The position numbers and the translations under genes are program-made. The notes under the pieces are model-generated. The model did not search any database. It had not been told where the DNA came from and worked only from the letters and a program-made list of their open reading frames with translations. Shown in pieces: positions 19,556 through 29,020 of a DNA stretch of 64,000 bases (positions are counted from its first letter, which is position 1; every line of letters begins with the position of its first letter). This DNA is from Bacilli bacterium. Lineage in GTDB: Bacteria > Bacillota_I > Bacilli_A > RFN20 > CAG-826. The stretch lies in NCBI GenBank assembly GCA_017442875.1, contig JAFSPN010000046.1, positions 723-64,722 on the forward strand, in the 5' to 3' direction.

Positions 19556-21145
19556 CTAAATGGCGAATAAGTAATCAACAAGGGTGTATCCTTTGGTATC
19601 AGGGATGCTCATATATTTATCTCTATTCGATTCATTGATTTTTTCATAACCATGATCGATATAGTAGATCTTTTGATAATCATCGCCACCAAATGAATAA
19701 TTTTGAACAAGTTCAAGTCGATAACCAACTAATTTGTTATCTCTTACTGTATAAATCATTCTTTGAGTAGCTGGCATTGGTGTGCCGAAAGGAATACCGG
19801 AGTTCGATTCATCATCTTGATCGGCTGTTTCATCTGGGAATTCAAGCGTACAATCGAAGAAGAAGTCCGATTTTGATGATGGGTTACCATCAGCGCCAAG
19901 GAATGCGCCAACGCAGTTCTTGGCAACGTTAGAATAACTCTTGGAAGCAATATCAACGCAATCGGTGAGACGGCAATCTTCTAACGTATTTGTGAAGATT
20001 TCGCGACCAATTGTGAAGAGGTTATCCAAGATTTCAAAAAGAGGAGCACATCTATTATTGACGCTTGGATCACTAGGCATGTAATCAACTGTAGAAACTG
20101 GATAATAGTTTTTCACATCACCTAATGTGTGGAAAACATATGTATCGTAGTATTTATTAGTGTTGAAAATCCATTCTGAATCTTGGAATGTCATCGCGCC
20201 ATCTTCGGTTTTGGTATCACCATCTGTTTCAGTGATGCGGAAATAAGCTTCATCTTGGCTTGCCACAAGGCGTTCATCCCAGACGTTATAGAATTGACGA
20301 ACACCATTTTTGTATGTGCTCATTTCACGAAGTTCGTGGTCAACGATTTCTGTCAAGGTATCTTTTTCTGGTTGAATTTTCCAGTCTTTTGTTGTTTTGC
20401 CATAAGCAGGATCACCTTCTTTAGCAGCATCAATCTCTTCTTGGGTGAATTTCACACCATTAACAATTTTTGCAAGTTCATCGGTGACTTGATTGATTTT
20501 TTCCTTGTCGTTTGGAACTTCTGGGGATGATTCATCGACATCTGTTGTCGCCGGATCGTCATCAACTTCTGGAATTTCAGGAACAAGATTATCAAATACT
20601 GTCACTGGAACAGAGACTTTCACATCTGGATGATCTTTATCCGCGACTTCGACAGTAGTTGTTCCGGCATTAACAGCGGTAATGTTACCGTTTTCGTCAG
20701 CGGTAGCGATTGAACTATCTGCGGAAGTGAATGATAAATTGGTCGCTGGTTGAAGCGCTCTTGGTAAACCTCTTAATTTAACAGAAGTATTGTTAGCACT
20801 ACCTTTAACAAGAGTGATATTGCGGTGGCTGAGCAATAGATAATCGGAATAATCAGCTACGCCGGGATAATTATGCTCTTCTTCGACATCTGGAATAACA
20901 ATATCGCTTGGAACTGGTCCGATGTCTTCAGACTCAGAAGATGATGATGAACTGGAACTTGAAGAACTGGAACTTGATGAGCTTGAAGAGGATTCCTCTG
21001 AAGAAGAAGAGGATTCCTCTGATGAGCTCTCTGAACTAGATTCCGCTGGTGTAAGACTTGAGGATGTAGGATCAACTTTAATGTTGCAAGCCGCTAAAGC
21101 GCTGATTGCAGCAACTGAAAGAAGTAATAAGAATTGCTTTTTCAT
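19556..21145 (-). CDS. lipoprotein with poly-Ser/Glu linker and Big_2-like Ig domain; C-terminal ~330 aa of unknown function
   Basis: Start at MKKQFLLLLSVAAISALAAC (lipobox), with AGGAGGG 7 nt upstream. There is a Ser-rich tract including a run of 19 Ser. Big_2-like segment: LSFTSADSSIATADENGNITAVNAGTTTVEV. It lies between the oppA-like and oppB genes. Confidence 0.7.
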   Translation of the reverse strand: MKKQFLLLLSVAAISALAACNIKVDPTSSSLTPAESSSESSSEESSSSSEESSSSSSSSSSSSSSSSSSSESEDIGPVPSDIVIPDVEEEHNYPGVADYSDYLLLSHRNITLVKGSANNTSVKLRGLPRALQPATNLSFTSADSSIATADENGNITAVNAGTTTVEVADKDHPDVKVSVPVTVFDNLVPEIPEVDDDPATTDVDESSPEVPNDKEKINQVTDELAKIVNGVKFTQEEIDAAKEGDPAYGKTTKDWKIQPEKDTLTEIVDHELREMSTYKNGVRQFYNVWDERLVASQDEAYFRITETDGDTKTEDGAMTFQDSEWIFNTNKYYDTYVFHTLGDVKNYYPVSTVDYMPSDPSVNNRCAPLFEILDNLFTIGREIFTNTLEDCRLTDCVDIASKSYSNVAKNCVGAFLGADGNPSSKSDFFFDCTLEFPDETADQDDESNSGIPFGTPMPATQRMIYTVRDNKLVGYRLELVQNYSFGGDDYQKIYYIDHGYEKINESNRDKYMSIPDTKGYTLVDYLFAI

Positions 21146-21159
21146 TGTCGTTCCCTCCT

Positions 21160-24100
21160 TTAGTCTCTCCAAGAAGCTTCATTCTTAGCAGATGTGACCA
21201 TGTTTTCGGATGGGGTGCCCCATCCACCGCTCTTTTGATCCTTAATGCTAAGGTTATAGTAGACTTCGATTGTCCAGTAGATACCATAATTATTAACTTC
21301 AAATGGATGGTCGTTTCTATCTTGAGGCGATAATTTGTCATCCATCAATTTGTTAACTCTAATGATTTCATCTCTGATTTCATTAGCTTTGGTTTGACTT
21401 AATTCAATCTTATAGCCCTTATCTGGGTCGGTTGCAGGTGGGTTATCTGGATCAATAACGAGAAGATCAACGTTACCACTACCAACAATATATAAGGAAA
21501 TACGTGTGATATCGAACTTAACGGTATCGCTTCCGCCTTCAAAGAAATTGGTTTTAACATAGAATGTTGCACCGTTATTGAAGTCGTTGCCTTGATATGT
21601 TAAGAAGGATTTCTTCACTGGTTTGATGTTTTCGCCATTGTCAACAACACCACCATGATCAGCAGCAGACCATAAGGCATCAAATGACCAAATCTTATCA
21701 TCGTAAATTAATGGTTTTTTGGTGTTGACTTTGGATGTATCAGCGCCCCAGTTAAGTGTGAAACCAGAAGAGTTATCGCTCTTTAATACTTCTAAGAAGT
21801 TAAGAGGATTATAGGTATTGCCACTAATGGCACCAAAACCTAAGTCAAATTCACCAGCCATCATGTCGTTATAGACTTTCTGCCAGTCTTTACTAACTTC
21901 GTCAGCAACGACTTTTAGTTTGACTTTGCCACCGCAAACTCTGTCATCGTTGAAAGCGTTTTCGAAATAGCCAGCAATTTCTTCACCGTATTCTTTAACA
22001 TCGGTTTCGTACATCCACTTGATGTGGACTTCAATGACAGTTGGATTAGATTTGCTACCTAATTCAATGTCGCCGTTTCTACTCAATGTCTTAACTGCGT
22101 TAGAGAAGGCCAAAATTGCTTTGTCTTTAGAATAACCATATGTTGAATTACCTTGGCTATCTTTTGTTTCGTAATCACGAATAGCGGCTTTATGAGCGTC
22201 ACTATCGTTGTATGATTTACCATTTTCTGGGTCATTTAAGTATGAATCCGCAAAATAGTTGATTGATGGATTAACACCACGGTTACCCGCGAATGTCGCT
22301 CTATCAATAGAGAAGAATAAACCTTTAAGGAAGTCATCGTTGCTCATCCATGGTTTAACTTCCCAGTTGGAGCCTTTCTTAATTTTGCCAGAAGGACCAA
22401 ATAAATCGTTCCACATATCTTTTGAGCAAGAATTAACATTTAATTTAAACGTCGAATCACCTCTTGTTTTATAAACACGTGGCTGACCAATTTCTTCGGA
22501 AAGGTGAGCTTGTGGAATGCCACAACTGTCAAGAATTCCAGCTTTGAATTGTCTATAAATTGCATCAGCATCGGTAGACGCATCGATAACAATTAATTTA
22601 ACACCTTGAATAAGATATCTATTTGGTTCATTCCAACTAGAATTCTTTTTAAACACGATTGTTTTGCCTTTGACCCATTCTTCCAACATATATGGACCAA
22701 CGGAAAGAGTAAAATCTAAAATATTATCTTTATGGCCAGGAACATCATCATTGTTGTTGAATGTTCCATAACGAAGGGCACCATCTGCTAAGGAACCACT
22801 ACCAATTGTTCTGATGAAATCTTCAGACATTGGTGATAATAAGTTAGAAGATAAGGTATACATAGCTGTAAATCTATCGATGGCGTTTATGAGAGTGAGT
22901 TCAATATAATCACCATTGGTGTTATCGTGACCAGTCTTAATACCTAAACTGCCATTGGCTTTCATGTTGTTCCATAATTCAAGAGCGGCTTCGTCGCTGG
23001 CTTTTTCGGTTCTGGTATTGTAGGCTTGCGCACCTTTGATACCATATGTTTGGTCAGCGGCCATTTCTTTACCACGTTTTAAACCGTGGGAACCAGTTAA
23101 TAAGAAACGATAAGCAAATTCATAATCGTTAATGGTTACTGGTGTATTATCAAAGTTCTTATCACCCCAGTTGCTACCATTGTAACGGAATTTAATACCA
23201 CCATCAGCGCCAGTCTTAACATAGATTCTCCATGTTTTATAAAGACCTAATGGGTTAGGATCTTCGTTTGGTTTAACTTCGTTACCTTCATAGACAGGAA
23301 GAGGTCTAGTGAAGTCTTGAGCAACACCATTGAATGTTACTTTGTCCTTAGCAAGGACTGGATACCAAACGTATTGGTCCTTTGTAGCGTTCATCTTGGT
23401 GCCCCAGAATGAGCTTGTAATATAGCCTTCTAAATCTGAGACTTGGCTACCTGTATCGTTTCTAGCGTTAATATTTTTAGGATCGGAAGAAGTCGCACTG
23501 TGGAGATATCTCTTATAGGCTGGATTTTCTTCTGTTGCTAAATCAGCATTGACGGTACCTTCACTTAATAAACCAAAACCATAACCAGTAATGTAGTTTG
23601 TGGTTGGTAATGTGACACGTTCATGGTATTTAACATAACCACCATTTTCGAATAAGGTGATACCTGTTAAATGGTTGTCCATGGCGTATTTTTCAAGTTT
23701 ACCGAGGATCTCGGTTCTTGTGTTGACAGCTTCTTCACCGGCTAAGGAGGCGTAGTTATAACCACCAGAAGCTAAAACCGCTTCGGTAATTTCAACGTCT
23801 AACACTCTTCTTAGACCAGCGGTAGATTCGGTAACTGTAAATCTGACATTACCTTTATTAACAGCGAGAATAACGCCCTCAGCGTCAACTGTCGCAACCT
23901 CGTTATTAGAGGAAGAGAAAGAGTATTTTCTCGCTGTTCCATCGTTATTAGATTCGGTAATTTTGATTGAATCAACTTCACCTTTATTGATGGTAGTACC
24001 GCCACTTTGTAAAGAAACGGAGAAATTGAATTGAGCAGGGGCTTGTGAACCGCTGTCACCACCACTGCCACTTGGAGCAGGAGTAGAAGAACCACTATCA

Positions 24101-24210
24101 CCTGGAGTGCTTGGGTTTGTTGAAGGATTATTGTTTTGGTTACATCCTAATAACGCACCAAAGGACAATGCACCAACAATTAATAAACTTGCGGCAAATT
24201 TCTTTTTCAT
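21160..24210 (-). CDS. family-5 solute-binding lipoprotein (OppA-like), enlarged (1016 aa) with N-terminal Big_2-like domain
   Basis: Lipobox GALLGC. Big_2-like segment: SSSNNEVATVDAEGVILAVNKGNVRFTV. SBP_bac_5-like segment: IVFKKNSSWNEPNRYLIQGVKLIVIDASTDADAIYRQFKAGILD. It sits at the head of the opp permease/ATPase genes, with GGAGG upstream. Confidence 0.8.
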   Translation of the reverse strand: MKKKFAASLLIVGALSFGALLGCNQNNNPSTNPSTPGDSGSSTPAPSGSGGDSGSQAPAQFNFSVSLQSGGTTINKGEVDSIKITESNNDGTARKYSFSSSNNEVATVDAEGVILAVNKGNVRFTVTESTAGLRRVLDVEITEAVLASGGYNYASLAGEEAVNTRTEILGKLEKYAMDNHLTGITLFENGGYVKYHERVTLPTTNYITGYGFGLLSEGTVNADLATEENPAYKRYLHSATSSDPKNINARNDTGSQVSDLEGYITSSFWGTKMNATKDQYVWYPVLAKDKVTFNGVAQDFTRPLPVYEGNEVKPNEDPNPLGLYKTWRIYVKTGADGGIKFRYNGSNWGDKNFDNTPVTINDYEFAYRFLLTGSHGLKRGKEMAADQTYGIKGAQAYNTRTEKASDEAALELWNNMKANGSLGIKTGHDNTNGDYIELTLINAIDRFTAMYTLSSNLLSPMSEDFIRTIGSGSLADGALRYGTFNNNDDVPGHKDNILDFTLSVGPYMLEEWVKGKTIVFKKNSSWNEPNRYLIQGVKLIVIDASTDADAIYRQFKAGILDSCGIPQAHLSEEIGQPRVYKTRGDSTFKLNVNSCSKDMWNDLFGPSGKIKKGSNWEVKPWMSNDDFLKGLFFSIDRATFAGNRGVNPSINYFADSYLNDPENGKSYNDSDAHKAAIRDYETKDSQGNSTYGYSKDKAILAFSNAVKTLSRNGDIELGSKSNPTVIEVHIKWMYETDVKEYGEEIAGYFENAFNDDRVCGGKVKLKVVADEVSKDWQKVYNDMMAGEFDLGFGAISGNTYNPLNFLEVLKSDNSSGFTLNWGADTSKVNTKKPLIYDDKIWSFDALWSAADHGGVVDNGENIKPVKKSFLTYQGNDFNNGATFYVKTNFFEGGSDTVKFDITRISLYIVGSGNVDLLVIDPDNPPATDPDKGYKIELSQTKANEIRDEIIRVNKLMDDKLSPQDRNDHPFEVNNYGIYWTIEVYYNLSIKDQKSGGWGTPSENMVTSAKNEASWRD

Positions 24211-24213
24211 ATG

Positions 24214-27200
24214 TTATTTACCTCCTTCTTTTCTTTTTCTGAAGAATAACACTGTGGCGCCCATTAAAGCTGGGATGCAAATGATGGCGCTTAAGGAAGC
24301 TATTGCACCATTACAACTGGAACGTCTGCCTTCGGCAACTGTTCCTTGGATAAGGTTAATAGTCGCTTCTGGATTTTGAACAGATGGACTATTCGCTGTT
24401 CCAGGAAGAGCGGCGTATCTTGTAAGTTTGAGATCGCCTTTGACATCAACACTCTTACCAGAATAGCAATTAAAGAATTCAACTTTATTATCGCTACCTA
24501 ATCTGTAATCGATGTTGAGGCTTAAGCCTGTGCCTTGAACAACTTCGTATCCATATGTGAAGTTTTTGATGTTTTTGAAGTGGATGACAGAACCTGTTCT
24601 ACCTCTTGCGTAATCAATGACACCAACGAATAATCTCTTGCCGTCTGTATCTTCGGAAATTTCATCAATGCATTCATCGACAAAGGCTTTTGTCTCATCG
24701 ATGTAGTAGAGATTCTTTGCGTTATCGTATTCAACTTCAACACGAGTGGTACCGAGCAAGGCATAGGAGACTTTCATATCTTCTAAATAAATTCTCACGC
24801 GGTTAACGTCGTTTTCTTTATATTGCGAGATGCTCTTAACATCTGGAGCATCAGTATCGATGTGGATGTCGTATGATTTCTCGACCCAACCCTTTGTAGC
24901 GGCTAATTGGTAATTGAACTTAAGTTCATAATCACCACTGGCGAATTTTTCACCTGTCGCTTCATCGAATAATGGGACAATAGCATATGCTCTATGGCAC
25001 ACATAGCCAGCACCTAAGTAACCAGCGTCAACGTGTGATTTATACAATGCCCAGTGATCAGCAGTATCGCTGAAGAGCATATCTTCAAGAGCGGATTTAT
25101 AAACCAATTGATTGTTTTTCTTATTGGTAATTGTGAAGTAGTTTTCCGCGACTGATCTTAACACGAATTGTTGAATGATCATTGTATTTGTGGAGTCGCC
25201 ACCAATATAAATATTGTTTTTAGCATCCTCAACATATTCGTTGGTATATGGATTTGTACCGACATTATAGAAATCGATTAATTTATCGAACGACATATCA
25301 TTGGTTAAAATCTTGTCTGTATCAAGTTTTTGTGGGCTATCGAGATGGCCGGCCACAATCATGGATTCCATGTTGCACATGTTTTTGCCAACTAACTCTT
25401 TAGCGATGTCGTTATTCAAATCTGATGGATAGACCTTTGTTGGATCCTTTTCGAAATTGAATGGTTCAACGACTGGCGCTGATTCATAGCCTGCTTCAGA
25501 GTTTTTATCTGTGCCAGAATAGAATCCTAAGTAAGGAATAGATAAATCTGGTTTACCATCTTTGCTTGTTAAGGTCACAAAACCTTCAATCATACAACCA
25601 TATTCATAAACTTCTAAGATTTTAGCTTTTTCAGTTTCTGGTAATGTAAACGGATTAATGGTGACAGTTGTCTCGCCGTTTGCGGCGACTGTGACTGTTT
25701 GATTGGAAATCTTGGCGATTTCAACATCCATTGTGGATTGAGCTGTATAGCTTGGAAGTGGTTCCCAGCAAGCACCTTCAGTTGCGGAGTTATAATAATA
25801 ACCTTTTGCAATAACTGTCTTTTTATCCGCTTTGAAATCGGCTTCACTGGCATAATATTCAATGTCCTTGCCAGCTTTAATAGCGTCTTTATACGCTAAT
25901 GGACCGGTAACGGTTCTCATTTCTTCACGATATCTATCGTAATATGTCATACCAGTGAAGAGTTCGATGCTTTCGACAGAACCCTTATAGTTATATTCTT
26001 TTGTAACGATATCGTTTGGATGAGCAATAGCAGGTCTCAAGACAGTTAAAGTAACATCATATGTTCTCGCTTGATCGCTTTCGTTATGAGCAATGAATGA
26101 TAATTTGATATCACCTTTAGCGATGTCGTCATTATTTCTTAAGACGATTTTGGATTTATCAAGTTTCTTAGGTTCATTACCGCTGAGGTCTAAACCTTCA
26201 AGATAAACATCTGTTGATAAAGCACCAGCAAGGTCGACCATACCAGCACCTTGAATTCTTGGAGATGTTAAAGAGAATGTCTCTTCTTCATTTTCTGGAT
26301 TAGCAACATAGTCTTTCATTGGATTAGCAGTTGACATTAATCTCATATCAACTGTACCTCTAACCTTGTTAAATTCTGTATCAACTTCATCTAACGCTGC
26401 GTTTCTAGCATCAACTTCTTCTTGTGTTGTGCCCGGCATATTAGAAAGGATGTTTTGTGTCGCTTCGTTACGAGTGTTAACTTCGTCAGCGAATTTGGAC
26501 AACACTAAGGCTTGAGCACCAGCGTAGTTAGGAGCGGACATGGATGTACCACTTAAATATTGATAGCATTTGTATTTATATTCCGCAGATTCGCGTTCTT
26601 CTTGTGTTAAGTTTGTCATCGCGTGTTCTGGGACAGCACCTCTAATGTTATCACCAGGAGCGGTGATATCTGGTTTGAGGTCTAAATCAAATGTCGCACC
26701 ATCAGTTGAGAATTCGCTAATTGTGTATTTAGCAGGATTATCACTAACTTGTTTATTAATAAGGCTGAAAGTACCACTACCAGCGGTTTCAAATGTTGGT
26801 TTGTCCTTATAAAGAACAAGAGCGCATGGCATTGTTGGATTGAATCCATCGCCAAAGCTACAACGGAAATTGAAGCTTGAAGCAGTTGGGTCGTTGTTAA
26901 TAATAACAAGGGCCTTCGCGCCTTTATCAGCGGCAATAGAATATTTGTCAGAGAATGATGTACTACCACGGTTGACGATAAAAATCTTACCTTCTAAGAA
27001 TTCATCAGTGAAACCTTTGTAGTCACCAGATGTACCAAAGCCTGGAATATATACCCAATCAATTGTTCCGGTAGGTTTTCCTTCACCGTCTTTTGGGAAG
27101 ATGTCGCTGATACGGAATTCTTTATCATAATCATCGCCCATACCTGGTCTATTGGTGATTTGATCTTCGAAAGCGATGTTTTGATTGTTAAAAACGAACG

Positions 27201-28449
27201 CATTTTCATAGAAGATCTTTGTTGGGTGACCAGACGCTACTGTTGTGCTTGCAGCATTATTAGCATAACTAGACATGATACCTGTTTCGACAGATTCTGG
27301 CATCCAGTTGGCATATGCACCAGTTGATGCATAAGATGTTTTACCAGAGTTACCAGCGGAAATCGCGGATAAGATACCAGCGTTATGTAATCTTGTTAAT
27401 GTTTTTAAAGTGATTGAATCACTATCAAAGTCATCCAAGTCACTACCTAACGACATGTTAATGCCATCGACTCTTAATTTAATGCAGTCTTCTAAGGCTT
27501 CAAGAATCGCTGTGTCATAAGCACCTGTACTATTGCTTAAACCAATCTTCTTACCAATACCACTGGCATCGTAGTCAGTAAAGACTTTCATTAACGCTAA
27601 TTGGGCCTTTGGAGCAATACCTTTGTAGTCTGGGGCATTAGCAGCGGTAATTGATGAAACGTGTGAACCGTGATATGAAAGATCACTGTGAACATCATAT
27701 TTTTTAGGACCGCGTTTGCCGTATGATTTGCTTGTACCGCCATAGTCATAATAGAAAGGAACTTTGCTGTTCAAATAACCGGAACCTTCTTGACCGGCTG
27801 GTTTAATCGTCATATCGCTGAAACTCGCGTTTAAGCCACCGATAGCTCTAATGGTTTCAAATGTATACTTGACTTTGACTTCGCTTGATAATGGCTCATA
27901 GACTTCGTGATGCCATTCAGGGGAAGCATTTTTGCCTGTAACCTTTGCTCTAAAATGGAATTCATTATCCAAAATTGCAACAATGGTTCCTTCGCCATCG
28001 TTTGTGTTTTCTGGCTTGAACATTGTTTCAGCAGAAATGTTTTTGTTTTCATCTTGTGAGTCAACTGAATCATCACCTAGTGGAATATAAGAATCGTTGT
28101 TAATAACTCTTTCCCAGTGGATCTTGTCAACGGTAATGCTCTTGACGCCAGGAACTGATCGAATACTCTCAATATCATTTGAGTTTACTTCGAGAACGAA
28201 AGCGTTATTTAAGACGGTGTAATTATCAAGCAATCTGATGTTAGAAGTAGCGGTTGTCTTAATGTTGTTATAGACAGCGCGTTGTGAATTCTTTGCACCT
28301 TCTTCGCTTAACGTATCAATGTCTCTATCGACTTCAACAATAATACGTTTGTCTCTTTCTGGTAAACTTTTGAGTTGAGACGCTCCGGCACTGCAAGCCG
28401 CTAGAACTAATGTGGCAGAAGCACAGAGCAGTAATCCCAGTTTTTTCAT
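24214..28449 (-). CDS. cell-envelope subtilisin-like serine protease (peptidase S8 with PA-type insert), lipoprotein, Cys-motif C-terminal anchor
   Basis: Lipobox LVLAAC. Catalytic triad contexts: GTIVAILDNEF (Asp), SYHGSHVSSI (His), LSGTSMSAPNYAG (Ser). The size and domain layout resemble PrtP/C5a-peptidase-type enzymes. Tail: SSCNGA + TM + RKRKEGGK. AAGGAGG precedes the ATG. Confidence 0.9.
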   Translation of the reverse strand: MKKLGLLLCASATLVLAACSAGASQLKSLPERDKRIIVEVDRDIDTLSEEGAKNSQRAVYNNIKTTATSNIRLLDNYTVLNNAFVLEVNSNDIESIRSVPGVKSITVDKIHWERVINNDSYIPLGDDSVDSQDENKNISAETMFKPENTNDGEGTIVAILDNEFHFRAKVTGKNASPEWHHEVYEPLSSEVKVKYTFETIRAIGGLNASFSDMTIKPAGQEGSGYLNSKVPFYYDYGGTSKSYGKRGPKKYDVHSDLSYHGSHVSSITAANAPDYKGIAPKAQLALMKVFTDYDASGIGKKIGLSNSTGAYDTAILEALEDCIKLRVDGINMSLGSDLDDFDSDSITLKTLTRLHNAGILSAISAGNSGKTSYASTGAYANWMPESVETGIMSSYANNAASTTVASGHPTKIFYENAFVFNNQNIAFEDQITNRPGMGDDYDKEFRISDIFPKDGEGKPTGTIDWVYIPGFGTSGDYKGFTDEFLEGKIFIVNRGSTSFSDKYSIAADKGAKALVIINNDPTASSFNFRCSFGDGFNPTMPCALVLYKDKPTFETAGSGTFSLINKQVSDNPAKYTISEFSTDGATFDLDLKPDITAPGDNIRGAVPEHAMTNLTQEERESAEYKYKCYQYLSGTSMSAPNYAGAQALVLSKFADEVNTRNEATQNILSNMPGTTQEEVDARNAALDEVDTEFNKVRGTVDMRLMSTANPMKDYVANPENEEETFSLTSPRIQGAGMVDLAGALSTDVYLEGLDLSGNEPKKLDKSKIVLRNNDDIAKGDIKLSFIAHNESDQARTYDVTLTVLRPAIAHPNDIVTKEYNYKGSVESIELFTGMTYYDRYREEMRTVTGPLAYKDAIKAGKDIEYYASEADFKADKKTVIAKGYYYNSATEGACWEPLPSYTAQSTMDVEIAKISNQTVTVAANGETTVTINPFTLPETEKAKILEVYEYGCMIEGFVTLTSKDGKPDLSIPYLGFYSGTDKNSEAGYESAPVVEPFNFEKDPTKVYPSDLNNDIAKELVGKNMCNMESMIVAGHLDSPQKLDTDKILTNDMSFDKLIDFYNVGTNPYTNEYVEDAKNNIYIGGDSTNTMIIQQFVLRSVAENYFTITNKKNNQLVYKSALEDMLFSDTADHWALYKSHVDAGYLGAGYVCHRAYAIVPLFDEATGEKFASGDYELKFNYQLAATKGWVEKSYDIHIDTDAPDVKSISQYKENDVNRVRIYLEDMKVSYALLGTTRVEVEYDNAKNLYYIDETKAFVDECIDEISEDTDGKRLFVGVIDYARGRTGSVIHFKNIKNFTYGYEVVQGTGLSLNIDYRLGSDNKVEFFNCYSGKSVDVKGDLKLTRYAALPGTANSPSVQNPEATINLIQGTVAEGRRSSCNGAIASLSAIICIPALMGATVLFFRKRKEGGK

Positions 28450-28464
28450 ACTTTACCTCCTTAA

Positions 28465-28478
28465 TGTGTGTACACACA
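28465..28478. promoter_or_regulatory. 14-bp perfect palindrome TGTGTGTACACACA in the leader of the protease-opp operon (candidate operator)
   Basis: The sequence is its own reverse complement. It lies between the putative -10 (28498-28503) and the SD (AAGGAGG) of the protease gene. Confidence 0.3.
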
Positions 28479-28497
28479 GAATAAAATTATGCTTTAC

Positions 28498-28525
28498 ATT
28501 ATACACGCATGAAAAAACGTGTAAA
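28498..28525 (-). promoter_or_regulatory. candidate sigma-70-type promoter of protease-opp operon
   Basis: The minus strand reads TTTACA, a 16-nt spacer, then TATAAT, about 45 nt upstream of the ATG at 28449. Confidence 0.4.
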
Positions 28526-28546
28526 GCACTTTTTACCTTACACGTT
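28510..28546 (-). terminator. rho-independent terminator of gene 28573..28989
   Basis: The minus strand reads AACGTGTAAGG-loop-CTTTACACGTT followed by TTTTCATG. Confidence 0.6.
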
Positions 28547-28572
28547 ACAAACCTTTTTACAAAAAACGGGTT

Positions 28573-28989
28573 TTAAAGCGATGCGTGATAGACTATTTCA
28601 AGCACTAGTAAAGCGACACAAAGTAAAAGCCCCGCAAAGATGACGGCAATAAAATTGAATGATGAATTGTTTCTTGATTCTGTTTTTCTTTCTCGATATT
28701 CGGCATAACTACCATCACGTCTCGCGTCTTTTGCGAATAACATGCTACCTAATTGCTTAAAACCAAAGACAAATGTATCAAACGCTCCAAGGTGATGCAT
28801 CCAAAATAAAAGTCCTAAAAATAATACAGAAATCGCACCCAAAGCGGCACCATCAACCGCCGATAAAAGAGTCCGGCCTCTTAGAAAGAACATAATGCAA
28901 AATATGATAGCCCCCACCACTAACGACAAAAGAAAAGTGATAAGATTAACTAGCCAATATTTTTTAAATTGTTCAAACGCTCTTTTCAT
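28573..28989 (-). CDS. small integral membrane protein (3-4 TM; possibly DUF3899-like)
   Basis: Hydrophobic segments: LVNLITFLLSLVVGAIIFCIMFF, GAALGAISVLFLGLLFWM, FNFIAVIFAGLLLCVALLVLEI. The family assignment is from memory only. Confidence 0.55.
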   Translation of the reverse strand: MKRAFEQFKKYWLVNLITFLLSLVVGAIIFCIMFFLRGRTLLSAVDGAALGAISVLFLGLLFWMHHLGAFDTFVFGFKQLGSMLFAKDARRDGSYAEYRERKTESRNNSSFNFIAVIFAGLLLCVALLVLEIVYHASL

Positions 28990-29020
28990 AATTCCCTATA
29001 AACTTAACAAATGTTTAGTT

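Noticed and set aside
28480-28500. Possible CodY box upstream of the protease-opp operon (AATTTTATTCTG on the minus strand)
   Set aside because: Only the first half matches AATTTTCWGAAAATT. That is too weak to call in AT-rich DNA.
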